DNA of 64,000 nucleotides, taken from positions 554,316-618,315 of the forward strand of contig JAUIEU010000001.1 of the NCBI GenBank assembly GCA_030429585.1. Direction: 5' to 3'. A model generated the notes under the pieces. The model saw only the letters and a program-made list of their open reading frames with translations. It made no database searches and had not been told where the DNA came from. This DNA comes from a bacterium (GTDB lineage: Bacteria; Cyanobacteriota; Vampirovibrionia; Vampirovibrionales; Vampirovibrionaceae). This document shows, piece after piece, positions 40,536-50,596 of the stretch. The translations under genes were made by a program, and so were the position numbers. Position 1 is the first letter of the stretch, and each line of letters begins with the position of its first letter.

Positions 40536-41924
40536 TTAGGCCAAGGTGGTGGTATGGGCCAGCTCGCTGTCATCGTTAAAGCGTTGTAGCAGTAGGGTAG
40601 AGAGTAAAATAACGCCGCCGCCGAGCAAAAAGGCCAGGCCTTCGTGCATGCCGGTTTGGCTAATAATGGGGCCCACCGCCAGGCTGCATAGTAAGCCGGG
40701 TGCGGCAATAAAAATGTTAAACACGCCCATTAACACACCCTCTTTACCCTTAGGGATGTGGTTAGACAGCATGGCAAAGGGTACGGATAGGGTGGTGGCC
40801 CAGCCCATACCAATCAGCCCCATGCACACCAACAGCATAATAGGGTCGCGCACGATAAAGAGGCTCATCATGGCGAGGGCCATGCATAATTGGGTGGTGG
40901 TGTGGACGGCTTTTTTGCCAAAGCGTTGGCAAAGGCCATCGATAAATGGGGAAAAGGCAAAGCAAACCCCGTTGAGTACCGCAAACCCTAAGCTGGCCCA
41001 TTTCACGCCATCGTTATATAGGGCGGATTGAGGGTCTACAGCGCCAAAGGCTATTTTGGGTACAAACACAGCAAAAAAGATGAACAAACACATTAGGCCA
41101 AACCAAGTACCACTGTGGGCCAAGCACAGTACCCATTGGTTAGGGCTTAGGTGGATACCGCCCCACATATGGTTAAAAAAGCCAGTAAGCCCCGCTGTTT
41201 TAGGGTGGGTGTTAGCGGCGTGGGCTTCGTGTTGCAGGGCGGTGGAAGGGGCTTCTGGGGTTGTAAAAATAGTCACCCCCATGGCCACTAATATGGCCAC
41301 GGCTCCTAAGTAAAATAATAGGTGCATGCCATCAATCACAAAGGCAATCATAAAGGCGGCAATCGACCCTAACCCAATGGTTAGGCTCATCATACTGTAG
41401 GCTTTGGTTTGGCGCTCTGGGTTAAATACATCCGGTACTAAAGCGCGGTAGGGCCCTTGGGTTAGGTTAATGCTGGCATCCAGCACCCATAGCAATAGGG
41501 CCGCCACCAATAACCCCATGGGGAAACTAACCGCTAAGCCCACGGTGCTGGTAAACCACTCGCCAATGGCTTGAGAGTTGGGCATTAGGATAAGGCTGAT
41601 GGCGATAAGAATACTACCCACCAGTAAAAAAGGCCGACGGCGCCCTAGCGGGCTGCGGTGCTGATCGCTTAATACACCCACAATCGGTTGCACCAGAATG
41701 CCGGTTACTGGGCCTGCCGCCCAAATTAGGCTGGTTAGCCAAGGCTCGGAGCCGAGTTTTTCTAGCAAAGGGCTCATTTGGCCCATTTGCAAGGCCCAGG
41801 CAAATTGAATGCCTAAAAACCCGATGCTAACTAAAAAAGGGCTGGCCACTTGCTGGCGATGTTCTGCCGGGCGAGTCGGTATGCCGGAGCCAGCGGTTTG
41901 AAGCGGTGTGGATTGAGAACTCAT
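40536..41924 (-). CDS. MFS sugar transporter, SUC/SLC45/MalT (maltose/sucrose:H+) type
   Basis: GIQFAWALQ, WAAGPVTGILVQPIVGVLSD..SPLGRRRPF, LDASIN..QGPYRAL.D, GVLMGVFNIFI; about 12 TM segments. Confidence 0.9.
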   Translation of the reverse strand: MSSQSTPLQTAGSGIPTRPAEHRQQVASPFLVSIGFLGIQFAWALQMGQMSPLLEKLGSEPWLTSLIWAAGPVTGILVQPIVGVLSDQHRSPLGRRRPFLLVGSILIAISLILMPNSQAIGEWFTSTVGLAVSFPMGLLVAALLLWVLDASINLTQGPYRALVPDVFNPERQTKAYSMMSLTIGLGSIAAFMIAFVIDGMHLLFYLGAVAILVAMGVTIFTTPEAPSTALQHEAHAANTHPKTAGLTGFFNHMWGGIHLSPNQWVLCLAHSGTWFGLMCLFIFFAVFVPKIAFGAVDPQSALYNDGVKWASLGFAVLNGVCFAFSPFIDGLCQRFGKKAVHTTTQLCMALAMMSLFIVRDPIMLLVCMGLIGMGWATTLSVPFAMLSNHIPKGKEGVLMGVFNIFIAAPGLLCSLAVGPIISQTGMHEGLAFLLGGGVILLSTLLLQRFNDDSELAHTTTLA

Positions 41925-42028
41925 AAATGTTACCCAATAATAATAGTGTGATGGTTAAGCCTAATAACGATGCTGATAGTTAGCTTAATATAAAGTGTCG
42001 CGGCCCACCATAGGGGGGCACCGTCTGT

Positions 42029-45000
42029 TTACGAGGCTTTACCCTTACGGGTGCCATTGGTGGTGCTGGTGTTGTTACTTGGCTTGCCGGCTTGCCGAAC
42101 AAGTACGGCATAGGTGTGTAGGGTGCCCGTACCACGGGTAAGTTTTAACGTGCCGTCGTCATCCACGGTGTATTCATCGTTATTCTCTGGGTTTTTGTAC
42201 ACGGTGCCAGCCGGTTGGTCTAGCAAGTGAATGTCTGGCTCGTATTTTTCTATGCTGGCTTGTGTGGTGTGTATTTCGGGGTATTGCTCATTGGTTGCCC
42301 CTAGGATGTTGTCGTAATACTCGCCGGGGACAGGGCTGGGTTTGCCGGTATTTACCATCATAATAATTTGCTGGTTGGTCTCAGGGGTCGCCGCGGTTGT
42401 GTTGCTGCTGGCTTCTGCTGGGCCACCATCCCAGGCGGCCAGTAATACACCATGGGTGTCATCCTGGGTGATATTTTGAAGAAAGCCGCCATTAATAACC
42501 GGGTATTGCTGACGAATGGCCAACAGGTTGCGAATAACATTAAACTCTTTTTGGATAAAATCCATTTGGGGGTTATCCAGCCAATCCAAACGAACAGGCT
42601 CGCGGTTTTGCATAAATTTATTATTGGTTCGCTCGCCACCGGTTCTAAAAATATCGTACCAAGTGGGTTGGCCTGGCAGGGCCACCATTAGTGCTATGCG
42701 TCGTCGGTCTTTTTCTAACGCGGGTGTTAGTAAGTGTTGAAAAAAGTCATGCTTAAAGGCGGCTGCGGTTCGCCCGGTTGGGTTTTTAGGGTATAGGCGG
42801 CTGCCAATTTCATCTACCAACTTGGCTAACGACATATAACCTGGCAGGCGCGGGTGCTGCTGGCTCCATGTGTTTAGGGTGTCGGTGAGCATATCGTAAA
42901 AGGCGTCTGCTTTGGGCAAATGGGCCAAGCCAGATTGTTGGGCATACTGTTGGTAACCGTTTGCAAGGAAAGCACGGGTAGCCCACACTTCGCTGGTGGT
43001 ATTAAAGGCGGTTTCTAATTGGTTCCGAATCATTTTACCAAGGACAGGGTGATTTAAGGCCGCTTTCCAGTCGTCGGCATCATCACACCGTTCGGTTACA
43101 GCCAGGGATAATAATAACTTTCCTAGTTGCAGCCTTAACTTTTTCATGTTTTGGGGCGGTTGGCCTAGGTTGTATTTTTCCATTGTGGCCCGCTTGTCTT
43201 CTTCTCGGTAAAAATCGTGAAGAAGGCTAGGCAGCTCGTCTAGGGTTAGCTCTTGAGCAAGGTTGGCTAAGTTTTCAAGCGCCTCTTGTGGGTCCGTCAT
43301 CCCGGCGTTCGTCATGCTGTTACGGAGGGTGGCAAAATCTGGCTTGCTGGCAATGGTATTTAAAACATCTCGAACATCTTGGTCAACGCCGCGGTAAGGG
43401 TAGTAATCCATCCCATTAATCATGGGGTTTCGTAGTAAGTTATACAGCGTGTTGGAGTAATCGTGGCTGGCCGTAAAGGTTTGGGCAAGTTGGGCCGTTT
43501 CTTTTGCGTGGTTGTATACAAAGGGCTTAAGGGCAGACTTCCAAAAAGATTGGCCAGGGTTTTCCGCATTATCCACCTGCAGTTGGGTTTGGCCGTATTC
43601 ATACGGTTTCGGGTCGTGGTGGATTAATTGGAGTAGGCTGCTAAAAAAGTAATCCATATTAACTGGGCCGCCAAACAGGCTGCTTTGCCCCTTGGCTTGT
43701 GGGGTGAGCAATTTATCTAAGGCTTCCTTGCCCCCTTCCACACCACCTAGCGGGGTCATTTCAGTAAGCTCTGCAATAATGGTACTTTTAGGGAATATCC
43801 GTTTAACGCCAGCCAGTAAGCTGCCCCACAATACAGTGGCATGGTGCATTTCTTTTTTAAAGGCGCGTTGCTGGGCCAGGGTATCGGGGGCATTACGAAC
43901 GGTATCAATATCGGCAATATCTTTGGCAGCATCCAGGCGCCAGTTTAGCCCAAGTTCTTTTTGTTGAATAAGATGATCGGCAATGACTAAACTCTCAGGG
44001 CTAACGGCTTCTAGCTGCTGGGTTGCCTGTTGAGCCAGGTGGGTAAGGGGCAGAGCTGCAATATTGTGGAGCATCTGCTCGCGCAAATGCTTGCGAGAGG
44101 TGGCCACATCTTGCAGTAATACCTTGGGCCCTAAGCGCTTAGACAGTTGCTGCTTTACCGTTTCTGGGCCTGTTTCTGGCTGCCCCGTAAACACGGTTTG
44201 CCATAGGGCAGGGCCAATACTGCTGGCAAACAACTCTTGGCCTAGGGGGTGTTTTAATACTTGTTGGGCCTGTGGCGAAAGTTTTTCCGTAATGCTGGCC
44301 AATGCAGAAGAGAGTTGGGCATGAACATTACCCTTGTTTTGCCAGTCAGTAATCTTTTTGCCTAAGGCCGATTGGTTGCCGAGTAGGGTTTTTGCCGGTG
44401 TTAATAGGGGGGAGGCGATGTCTCTGGCGCCCTGGTTATACAATAGATAGTGGTGGCTGCTGGGGTGTGAGAGTAGTGCCTTTAACCGCAGAGAATCTGG
44501 GGGTAAATCTACCGACAGGGGTGGCACGGTGGTAAGCAAGGTGTTGGTTAGCGCTGCACCGCTGGGCAAGGGGGCGTCCGGGTTGTCTCGGTGTAGGTTA
44601 GCCAGCGCTTTATTTGGTAGCCCCGCTTGGGTAAGGGCCAGCTCGCCATTACTCACCAGGCTGTCTACTTGTTTAGTGGCCTTATCCCAATGGTGGGTTT
44701 GGCGGTAGGCGTGTTGTAGCTGGGTAGCCAAATGCTGGCGGTACAATTGCTGGACGCGTTGGGTCCAGTAGGATAAAGCCTTGCGGGTGTAGGCTTGTAC
44801 CTCTGGGTTGTCCATGTTCATTTGGATGGCCTGGACTTTGCCATCCCACTTGTAGCCGCTGTTGTCTTCATCTGGCCTACCCAGGCGGTAGTGGCGCCAT
44901 TCTAAAAAATTGGCGGCTTGGTCGCTGGTAATCGTGGTGGTATCTGTGGCCAGGCTAGAGTGGGCTAAGCGAGTTTTAAATTCATCCTCGCTAACAGGCC

Positions 45001-46096
45001 AGCGAAACGGGTGGGTACTTTGCCCACCAGGGAGCCATTGTTGTTCGCTTTTCTTGGTGGGGTCAAATTGCTCTAGGTACACAGGCCGAGAGGCGTCATA
45101 ATCTGGCATATAAGGCGAATTAATCACCCTAAGGCCCACGCGGGGCCAATCTACCTTTAAGGCGCCTTGGCCGTTGTCGTTTACAGGCAGGGTACCTACT
45201 ACCATTTTATGGTGGACAGCCGCGTTAGGGTACAGTCGACTAGCGGATTCTGGGTCGCCCTTATCAAACACAAACCATGACCAATATGGCGAGCGCACTC
45301 CGTTTAGCAATAAATCTTGGTATAAGGGGCTAGCAAACCCTTGGTTTACAAAGGCACCATCGCAATATACCTTAACCCCTTTGTGCAAGGCCCCCAGGAA
45401 GAATTCGTTAAAATCCCCCTTATTTGGGAAGGCATTATTTAAGGCAAAGGGGTCTGCCGTCCAATAACGGTGGGCAGAATCCCAATCGCCAGAGTGGGGA
45501 GTCAACATAACGGCCCCAACGCCATGTTTGGAGGAGGTGTTTAGCTTGTTGAGCAGGGCGGTAACCCCGTGGATAGTACCGTTATACCGTGTTTGGCTAT
45601 CTGTAGGGGCAGGGGTCACTAAAGGGTCGGTTAAGGGGTCATCGCTGTTGGCGTCCGGTAAGGTCATGCTATCAATATAGGCATATAGCATGCTGCCGCT
45701 TCGTTGCGGGCCGTGTTGCTTGCGGGCAACATTCCATTGGCCTTTGGGGTGGGCCTTTGTGGCGGTGTCAAAGGTACGGCGTTCGGTTAAATCAAAGCGA
45801 ATGTCATCCGTATCATCCCAAAACCGGTAATACACTGTATCGCCAGCAACGTGGTTTAGGGTATCTGTGGGGGCTACCCAGTAGCGGCCATCTTTGGTTT
45901 TGTTCATTTCCACCGCTTTGCTGCCACTGCCGGGTACAAACACTTCTAGCAGGGCGCTGTCTTGCTCGTGGGTACCGGCCTTCCAAAAGGTGGGTTTGCT
46001 GATAGTTGTTTTTGTGGTTTTGTTTGCAGCCCAGTGGTACCCGGCAAAACGAGTTGCAGGCAATGTGGGTTTAAAAGTAGGTGGGTGGGAACGCAT
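42029..46096 (-). CDS. giant GH13 alpha-amylase-family glycosidase with two large insertions
   Basis: YNGTIHGV, VMLTP, HRYWTAD, YCDGAFVN (beta3), WRLDAAKD (nucleophile, ~D722), IIAE (~E776), ASHD (~D879), LPGQPTWY, REPV; N-terminal CBM48-like beta region. Confidence 0.85.
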   Translation of the reverse strand: MRSHPPTFKPTLPATRFAGYHWAANKTTKTTISKPTFWKAGTHEQDSALLEVFVPGSGSKAVEMNKTKDGRYWVAPTDTLNHVAGDTVYYRFWDDTDDIRFDLTERRTFDTATKAHPKGQWNVARKQHGPQRSGSMLYAYIDSMTLPDANSDDPLTDPLVTPAPTDSQTRYNGTIHGVTALLNKLNTSSKHGVGAVMLTPHSGDWDSAHRYWTADPFALNNAFPNKGDFNEFFLGALHKGVKVYCDGAFVNQGFASPLYQDLLLNGVRSPYWSWFVFDKGDPESASRLYPNAAVHHKMVVGTLPVNDNGQGALKVDWPRVGLRVINSPYMPDYDASRPVYLEQFDPTKKSEQQWLPGGQSTHPFRWPVSEDEFKTRLAHSSLATDTTTITSDQAANFLEWRHYRLGRPDEDNSGYKWDGKVQAIQMNMDNPEVQAYTRKALSYWTQRVQQLYRQHLATQLQHAYRQTHHWDKATKQVDSLVSNGELALTQAGLPNKALANLHRDNPDAPLPSGAALTNTLLTTVPPLSVDLPPDSLRLKALLSHPSSHHYLLYNQGARDIASPLLTPAKTLLGNQSALGKKITDWQNKGNVHAQLSSALASITEKLSPQAQQVLKHPLGQELFASSIGPALWQTVFTGQPETGPETVKQQLSKRLGPKVLLQDVATSRKHLREQMLHNIAALPLTHLAQQATQQLEAVSPESLVIADHLIQQKELGLNWRLDAAKDIADIDTVRNAPDTLAQQRAFKKEMHHATVLWGSLLAGVKRIFPKSTIIAELTEMTPLGGVEGGKEALDKLLTPQAKGQSSLFGGPVNMDYFFSSLLQLIHHDPKPYEYGQTQLQVDNAENPGQSFWKSALKPFVYNHAKETAQLAQTFTASHDYSNTLYNLLRNPMINGMDYYPYRGVDQDVRDVLNTIASKPDFATLRNSMTNAGMTDPQEALENLANLAQELTLDELPSLLHDFYREEDKRATMEKYNLGQPPQNMKKLRLQLGKLLLSLAVTERCDDADDWKAALNHPVLGKMIRNQLETAFNTTSEVWATRAFLANGYQQYAQQSGLAHLPKADAFYDMLTDTLNTWSQQHPRLPGYMSLAKLVDEIGSRLYPKNPTGRTAAAFKHDFFQHLLTPALEKDRRRIALMVALPGQPTWYDIFRTGGERTNNKFMQNREPVRLDWLDNPQMDFIQKEFNVIRNLLAIRQQYPVINGGFLQNITQDDTHGVLLAAWDGGPAEASSNTTAATPETNQQIIMMVNTGKPSPVPGEYYDNILGATNEQYPEIHTTQASIEKYEPDIHLLDQPAGTVYKNPENNDEYTVDDDGTLKLTRGTGTLHTYAVLVRQAGKPSNNTSTTNGTRKGKAS

Positions 46097-46377
46097 GGCG
46101 GTGTGAGGAATAACCGGGTTGGTGTTAGTGGGTGCCCTGCCGGTATAGGCGGGGGCAATTATTACCGTTTAGGGGGCTTTATAAGGTCAACATCATGGCT
46201 GTTAGCAAATGTTCAAATCGCCAGCCCTGATGCGTTTATCTCACCGTGCGTGTCTACCATCGTGGTATTCCATCAAGTGTTCTCTTAATAACGTTCTTCC
46301 ACTTGTTAAATTGCTTGTTAATGGTGCCTTTTATTAAGGTTTATAACCATTTTCCGGTAAATCCACTTTGATAGCCA

Positions 46378-47507
46378 TGACAGTGCGACATTCACAGCCC
46401 CAATCACCCCCATTTAAGGCCATATTTGCACAATGGCCAGCCCCGGCTGTGGCAACGAGTGATAAAAATCACTATGAAGGGCCTGAGATATATTTTAATG
46501 ATAAGCCCTTATCTGAAGAGGTGGTGGTGCACCAAAACCCGCTACAGCAAATAGGGCATGGCGTTAAACAGGTGTTTGTAGAGCTACCCAAAGCCGTATG
46601 GCGTGGCCTGCAAGGCACGCCAGAGTATACCTTTGGGGATTTTTTGTTGATTGGTAAAGTGCCGTACTACTTGGGTGGGGCCACCCTGGCTGCTATTTTT
46701 GCCATGGGCCGCCACGGGCTTACATTGGCCCGGCAAGGGCCGGCTATTGCCATGTATTACTTAGCCATTGGCCTAAGTAATATGCTGATTAACCAATCGG
46801 TTAAATCCAATACAGGGTTGGATTTAGGCCTAAAATATAAAAATGCACTCGGTAAACTGAAGCCGGTGTATGGCGATGCCACCTTCTCTCGGTATGATTT
46901 GGTGCCTAAGGCCACGTACCAGCATATGGCCAAAAAAATGGGTATTCCGCTAAGCGTGGCAGACCCGGATGATGAAGTGCAATCGGTTATTGCGGATATG
47001 TTGCCCCGCATCCGCTTAGCCAAAATGGTGCTAGGGAATACCTTAGCCGCAGTGGCGGCGGGTTACCTGGCCAGAACAGACGAATGGCACCGTGTGTTTA
47101 CCACCATACCAGGGGTGCTATGGCACAAAAAGCCAGCCAAGCGTTTAGGCATCCTATTAAAGGATTCTGCCAAGGTTATTGCCCACCAGTTTGGTGGCGT
47201 TAAGCGGGCCGCTGGCATGGGGTTACCCCCTAAGCAATTTGCTGTGGTTAAGCACGTGGCGATGGGCTTTATAGCGGCAGCAGTAATTACCACCTGGCGT
47301 TTATTACGCCCCCCTGTGGATAATAAGGCATACCAACATTCAGAACGTATTGGGGATGTAAAACCGCCCTTGGCTCAACATTCTGGTAATCTCTCTCGGG
47401 CACAACTGTTGTGGGAGACGGATCAACAACGAGAATTCGCTCGTCACGGGCGCGATGTGGCCACACTCCAGCAATCTAGGTATAGAGCAGCAGGAGGGAC
47501 GCAATGA
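46378..47507 (+). CDS. hypothetical membrane protein, paralogous to the N-terminal domain of the next gene
   Basis: Several hydrophobic segments; VKSNTGLDLG..Y...G...YGD..F.RYDL...AKKMGIP block; stop overlaps the next start (ATGA). Confidence 0.8.
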
Positions 47508-50500
47508 CCACCCTGCCTGTAACACCACCTATCACCTCAACAATACCTAAGCCAGAAAAGGCCCACTTTATTACACACCCAATGGCCAAGGGCCCAAAGC
47601 GCCCCATGCCTGCCATACATCCTCAGCATGCTTTTCTGTGGGGTTCACCGGCTGTTCAGGGGTATTTAGCCGCAAAAGGCACTAATCCAGAGCAGCCTTA
47701 TAAAAGCGTGGTGAATGATCTCTTTTCTCCGGATACCCGTGTGAATGCCCATGAATTAGGGACGCTTGAATTTGAATCCAAGCTAACCTCTGGTGGGGTT
47801 ATTGCCCTGCTAGGTAGCTTAAGTAGCACTAACTTTGCCTTGGCCACTAAAGAGATATTGGGGTTTGCTGGCTTTTATGGCTCCATGGGGATATTGCCCC
47901 ACATTGTGCACTGGTGGGTAAAACAAAAAACCGGGGTAGATTTAGAACATAATTATCTAAGCACCCAAGGGGATAAGCGCAATTTATTTACCGACCCCCA
48001 ATACTTGCCGCTACAATTGCTACCCAACCAAGAGATTGATGCCATTGGTAATAAGTTGGATGTACCGAAGCATTTGAGTAACCGGCGCCGGGTAATCGAA
48101 GATAAAATTAGAAGCACTGTAGCCCAGGCGCAAACGTGGTGGATGATAACTGCAGGCCCCTTAGTGCCTATTATTGGTAGTGGCTTAGTGCGGGTAGTAG
48201 AACCCCTTTTCTTAAAGTTATCTAATAAAGCACAACAGGTTTTTTGGCAGTCTAAGGTATACCGAAACCCGGATCATCCGAAGTATGTGAAACGCTTTGA
48301 CCATTTATTAGCCACGGTGGTGGGTAGTTCGCCTAATACGGAACTATCCCGTTGGTGGACAACACTGCAAAAAGATGTGGTGAAGGAACTGGATATTCCT
48401 AAGGCGTTGGAGGCCCTGCCACGACGAGAACGCCAACACCAAAGCTGGTGGCACCGTGTGATGAAAACCCATATTCGTCGCCTAAGTGCTGCTCATGTGC
48501 ATGGCCGCTCACCTGCCATTCAAAAACGGTTGCAAAAACTAAAAAACCGCTTAGATAGCACCTATCTATCTAAAATCACAGAGATGGAAGGCAAGCTAAA
48601 TACATGGGCCACCCGTGCCCCCCATAAAACATTGCGCTCTCATCATGTACAGGCGTTAAATGCGGCTAAAAATATGTTGCGCCAGTACAAACAATTGCTC
48701 ACCGTGTTGCAACGCCCAGATGTGTTCCCTACCGATGCGACGATCCATACGTTGCTGCAAGGGGGTACCACTACTAACATTACCCGCCTGTTAGAAAACG
48801 GCCAATACAATACAGCCAAAACTGTGTTAGGCAGCCAAGGCAATTTAATAGAAGCGATTGGTGCCAGCCACAGCCGCCAGGGCCAGCGCCTTAACAGCCT
48901 AATGGGGGCAACTATTGCAGATCAACTAACCAAGGGCGCCAAAGAGGTGATTAACTCACGCCACTTTAATCGCTGGCTGGTAGGTGGTGTGGGCGGCGGT
49001 ATTGCGTTAGCAAGTGCTATTTTTTATCAGTTGGTACTTAGTAAAACTTCTCGCCGCCGTAAGGAGGGCTCTGCTAGTAGCACGGAAATTTTAAATAAGT
49101 ATAACGCCACCCATGCCTTTGAACGATTGCAAGCGACTATTGCGGCCCAAAAAACCCTTAAAACCACCTTGCCGCTCCGTAACACCACCCTAGAAAAACC
49201 GGGCTACTTAAAACAACTGTTTAAGCAAAGCCAAGCGGTTATTTATGCCTTAAACTTGCGTACTTTTGGCGCCACGGATGCCAACCATGATGGGGTCATA
49301 CAGCCGCAGGCGAACGAGCATGGCACTTTCTTATCTGCCATTAATCGGCTGGATGAACTACAATCCATGGGGGTCAATACCATCCACTTATTGCCTATTA
49401 ACCCAGTAGGCACTATTAAACAAAAAGGCACGGGGGGCAGTGTGTATGCAGTGGCGGATTACCATACCCTAAACCCGCAGCTTAAGGATAACACCAGCCC
49501 ACTTAATATTTACCAGCAAGCCCGCCAGTTTATACAGGCCGCCCACCAGCGGGGCATACAGGTAATGGTGGATGTACCCAGTGTGGCGGCTTATGATTTA
49601 GCCATTACTCGCCCGGATCTTATTTCGGTTGATGGCCATGGCCATACCTTAACCCCAGCGGACTGGGAAGATGTGGTGTTGTTTAAAAACGACAAAAACC
49701 TACAGGATTACTACGAAGGCTTTTTTGACTTGATGGCCAACGATGTGGGGGTAGATGGCTTCCGCGTGGATGTGGCGCGTTCTCGGCCAAATTGGTTTTG
49801 GCAGCATTTTATTGGCAAGTACCCCAACCATGCTTGGATGGCAGAAAGCTATGTGGAAGAAGATGCCTCGCCACTCCAAAACATCCCTAGGGATGTGCCG
49901 GAAACCTTATTAGGCTTAGGCTTTGACAGTGTGTACGGGCAAAATCATATCTTCCCTAAAATAAAAAGTGGCCAAGCCTATATGGATTACCTGCTTGAGA
50001 TTGAAGGTATGTTTAAGCGGGCGAACCTGGCTAATGGCAACCCGCCAGTGGCACAAGGCAAATCGGTTATTGGGTCCTTCCTTACCCATGATGATAATGA
50101 AACCTTGATGGACCATGGTGGGATTGCCTTTAATAAATTCTGTTTAGCGCTTATGGCGTTTCAGCCCTATACCAACCCATACCTGATTGATGGCATGCAA
50201 AGCGGCTACCCCCACCGCATTAATATTTTTGATTACGCGCCAGCACACAAAGGCAGTTACCCCGGTACCGCTGGCTTTATTCAGCAGGTGTTTAATACTC
50301 GTGCCCAGTATGCCGATGTGTTGGCCAACGGCCAATTTACCCCCCACGTTATTACCAAAGACCCCCACCATCAGTTGTTTGCCTACAGCTTAAGCCATAA
50401 TGGTAAAACGTTATTGGTGGTGGGTAATAAAGACGTGAACGCACGATCCACAGGGCATATTGAACTGGCCTTACCTAGCCAGGCGCCGCTGGTAAACCTA

Positions 50501-50596
50501 ATACCGGAATATGGCCGCCAAAGTAGCGTACATGCCCAGCCGGACAAACTCCATGTAAGCATGGGGCCTGCGCGATTAATGGTGTTTGAAATTTAG
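47504..50596 (+). CDS. membrane-domain / GH13 alpha-amylase fusion
   Basis: From residue ~580: IYALNLRTF, DANHDG, GTF...LDELQSMGVNTIHLLPI, GSVYAVADY, VMVDVP, GVDGFRVDVA (~D756), MAES (~E781), THDD (~D863). The N-terminal ~580 aa carry TM segments. Confidence 0.88.
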   Translation: MTTLPVTPPITSTIPKPEKAHFITHPMAKGPKRPMPAIHPQHAFLWGSPAVQGYLAAKGTNPEQPYKSVVNDLFSPDTRVNAHELGTLEFESKLTSGGVIALLGSLSSTNFALATKEILGFAGFYGSMGILPHIVHWWVKQKTGVDLEHNYLSTQGDKRNLFTDPQYLPLQLLPNQEIDAIGNKLDVPKHLSNRRRVIEDKIRSTVAQAQTWWMITAGPLVPIIGSGLVRVVEPLFLKLSNKAQQVFWQSKVYRNPDHPKYVKRFDHLLATVVGSSPNTELSRWWTTLQKDVVKELDIPKALEALPRRERQHQSWWHRVMKTHIRRLSAAHVHGRSPAIQKRLQKLKNRLDSTYLSKITEMEGKLNTWATRAPHKTLRSHHVQALNAAKNMLRQYKQLLTVLQRPDVFPTDATIHTLLQGGTTTNITRLLENGQYNTAKTVLGSQGNLIEAIGASHSRQGQRLNSLMGATIADQLTKGAKEVINSRHFNRWLVGGVGGGIALASAIFYQLVLSKTSRRRKEGSASSTEILNKYNATHAFERLQATIAAQKTLKTTLPLRNTTLEKPGYLKQLFKQSQAVIYALNLRTFGATDANHDGVIQPQANEHGTFLSAINRLDELQSMGVNTIHLLPINPVGTIKQKGTGGSVYAVADYHTLNPQLKDNTSPLNIYQQARQFIQAAHQRGIQVMVDVPSVAAYDLAITRPDLISVDGHGHTLTPADWEDVVLFKNDKNLQDYYEGFFDLMANDVGVDGFRVDVARSRPNWFWQHFIGKYPNHAWMAESYVEEDASPLQNIPRDVPETLLGLGFDSVYGQNHIFPKIKSGQAYMDYLLEIEGMFKRANLANGNPPVAQGKSVIGSFLTHDDNETLMDHGGIAFNKFCLALMAFQPYTNPYLIDGMQSGYPHRINIFDYAPAHKGSYPGTAGFIQQVFNTRAQYADVLANGQFTPHVITKDPHHQLFAYSLSHNGKTLLVVGNKDVNARSTGHIELALPSQAPLVNLIPEYGRQSSVHAQPDKLHVSMGPARLMVFEI

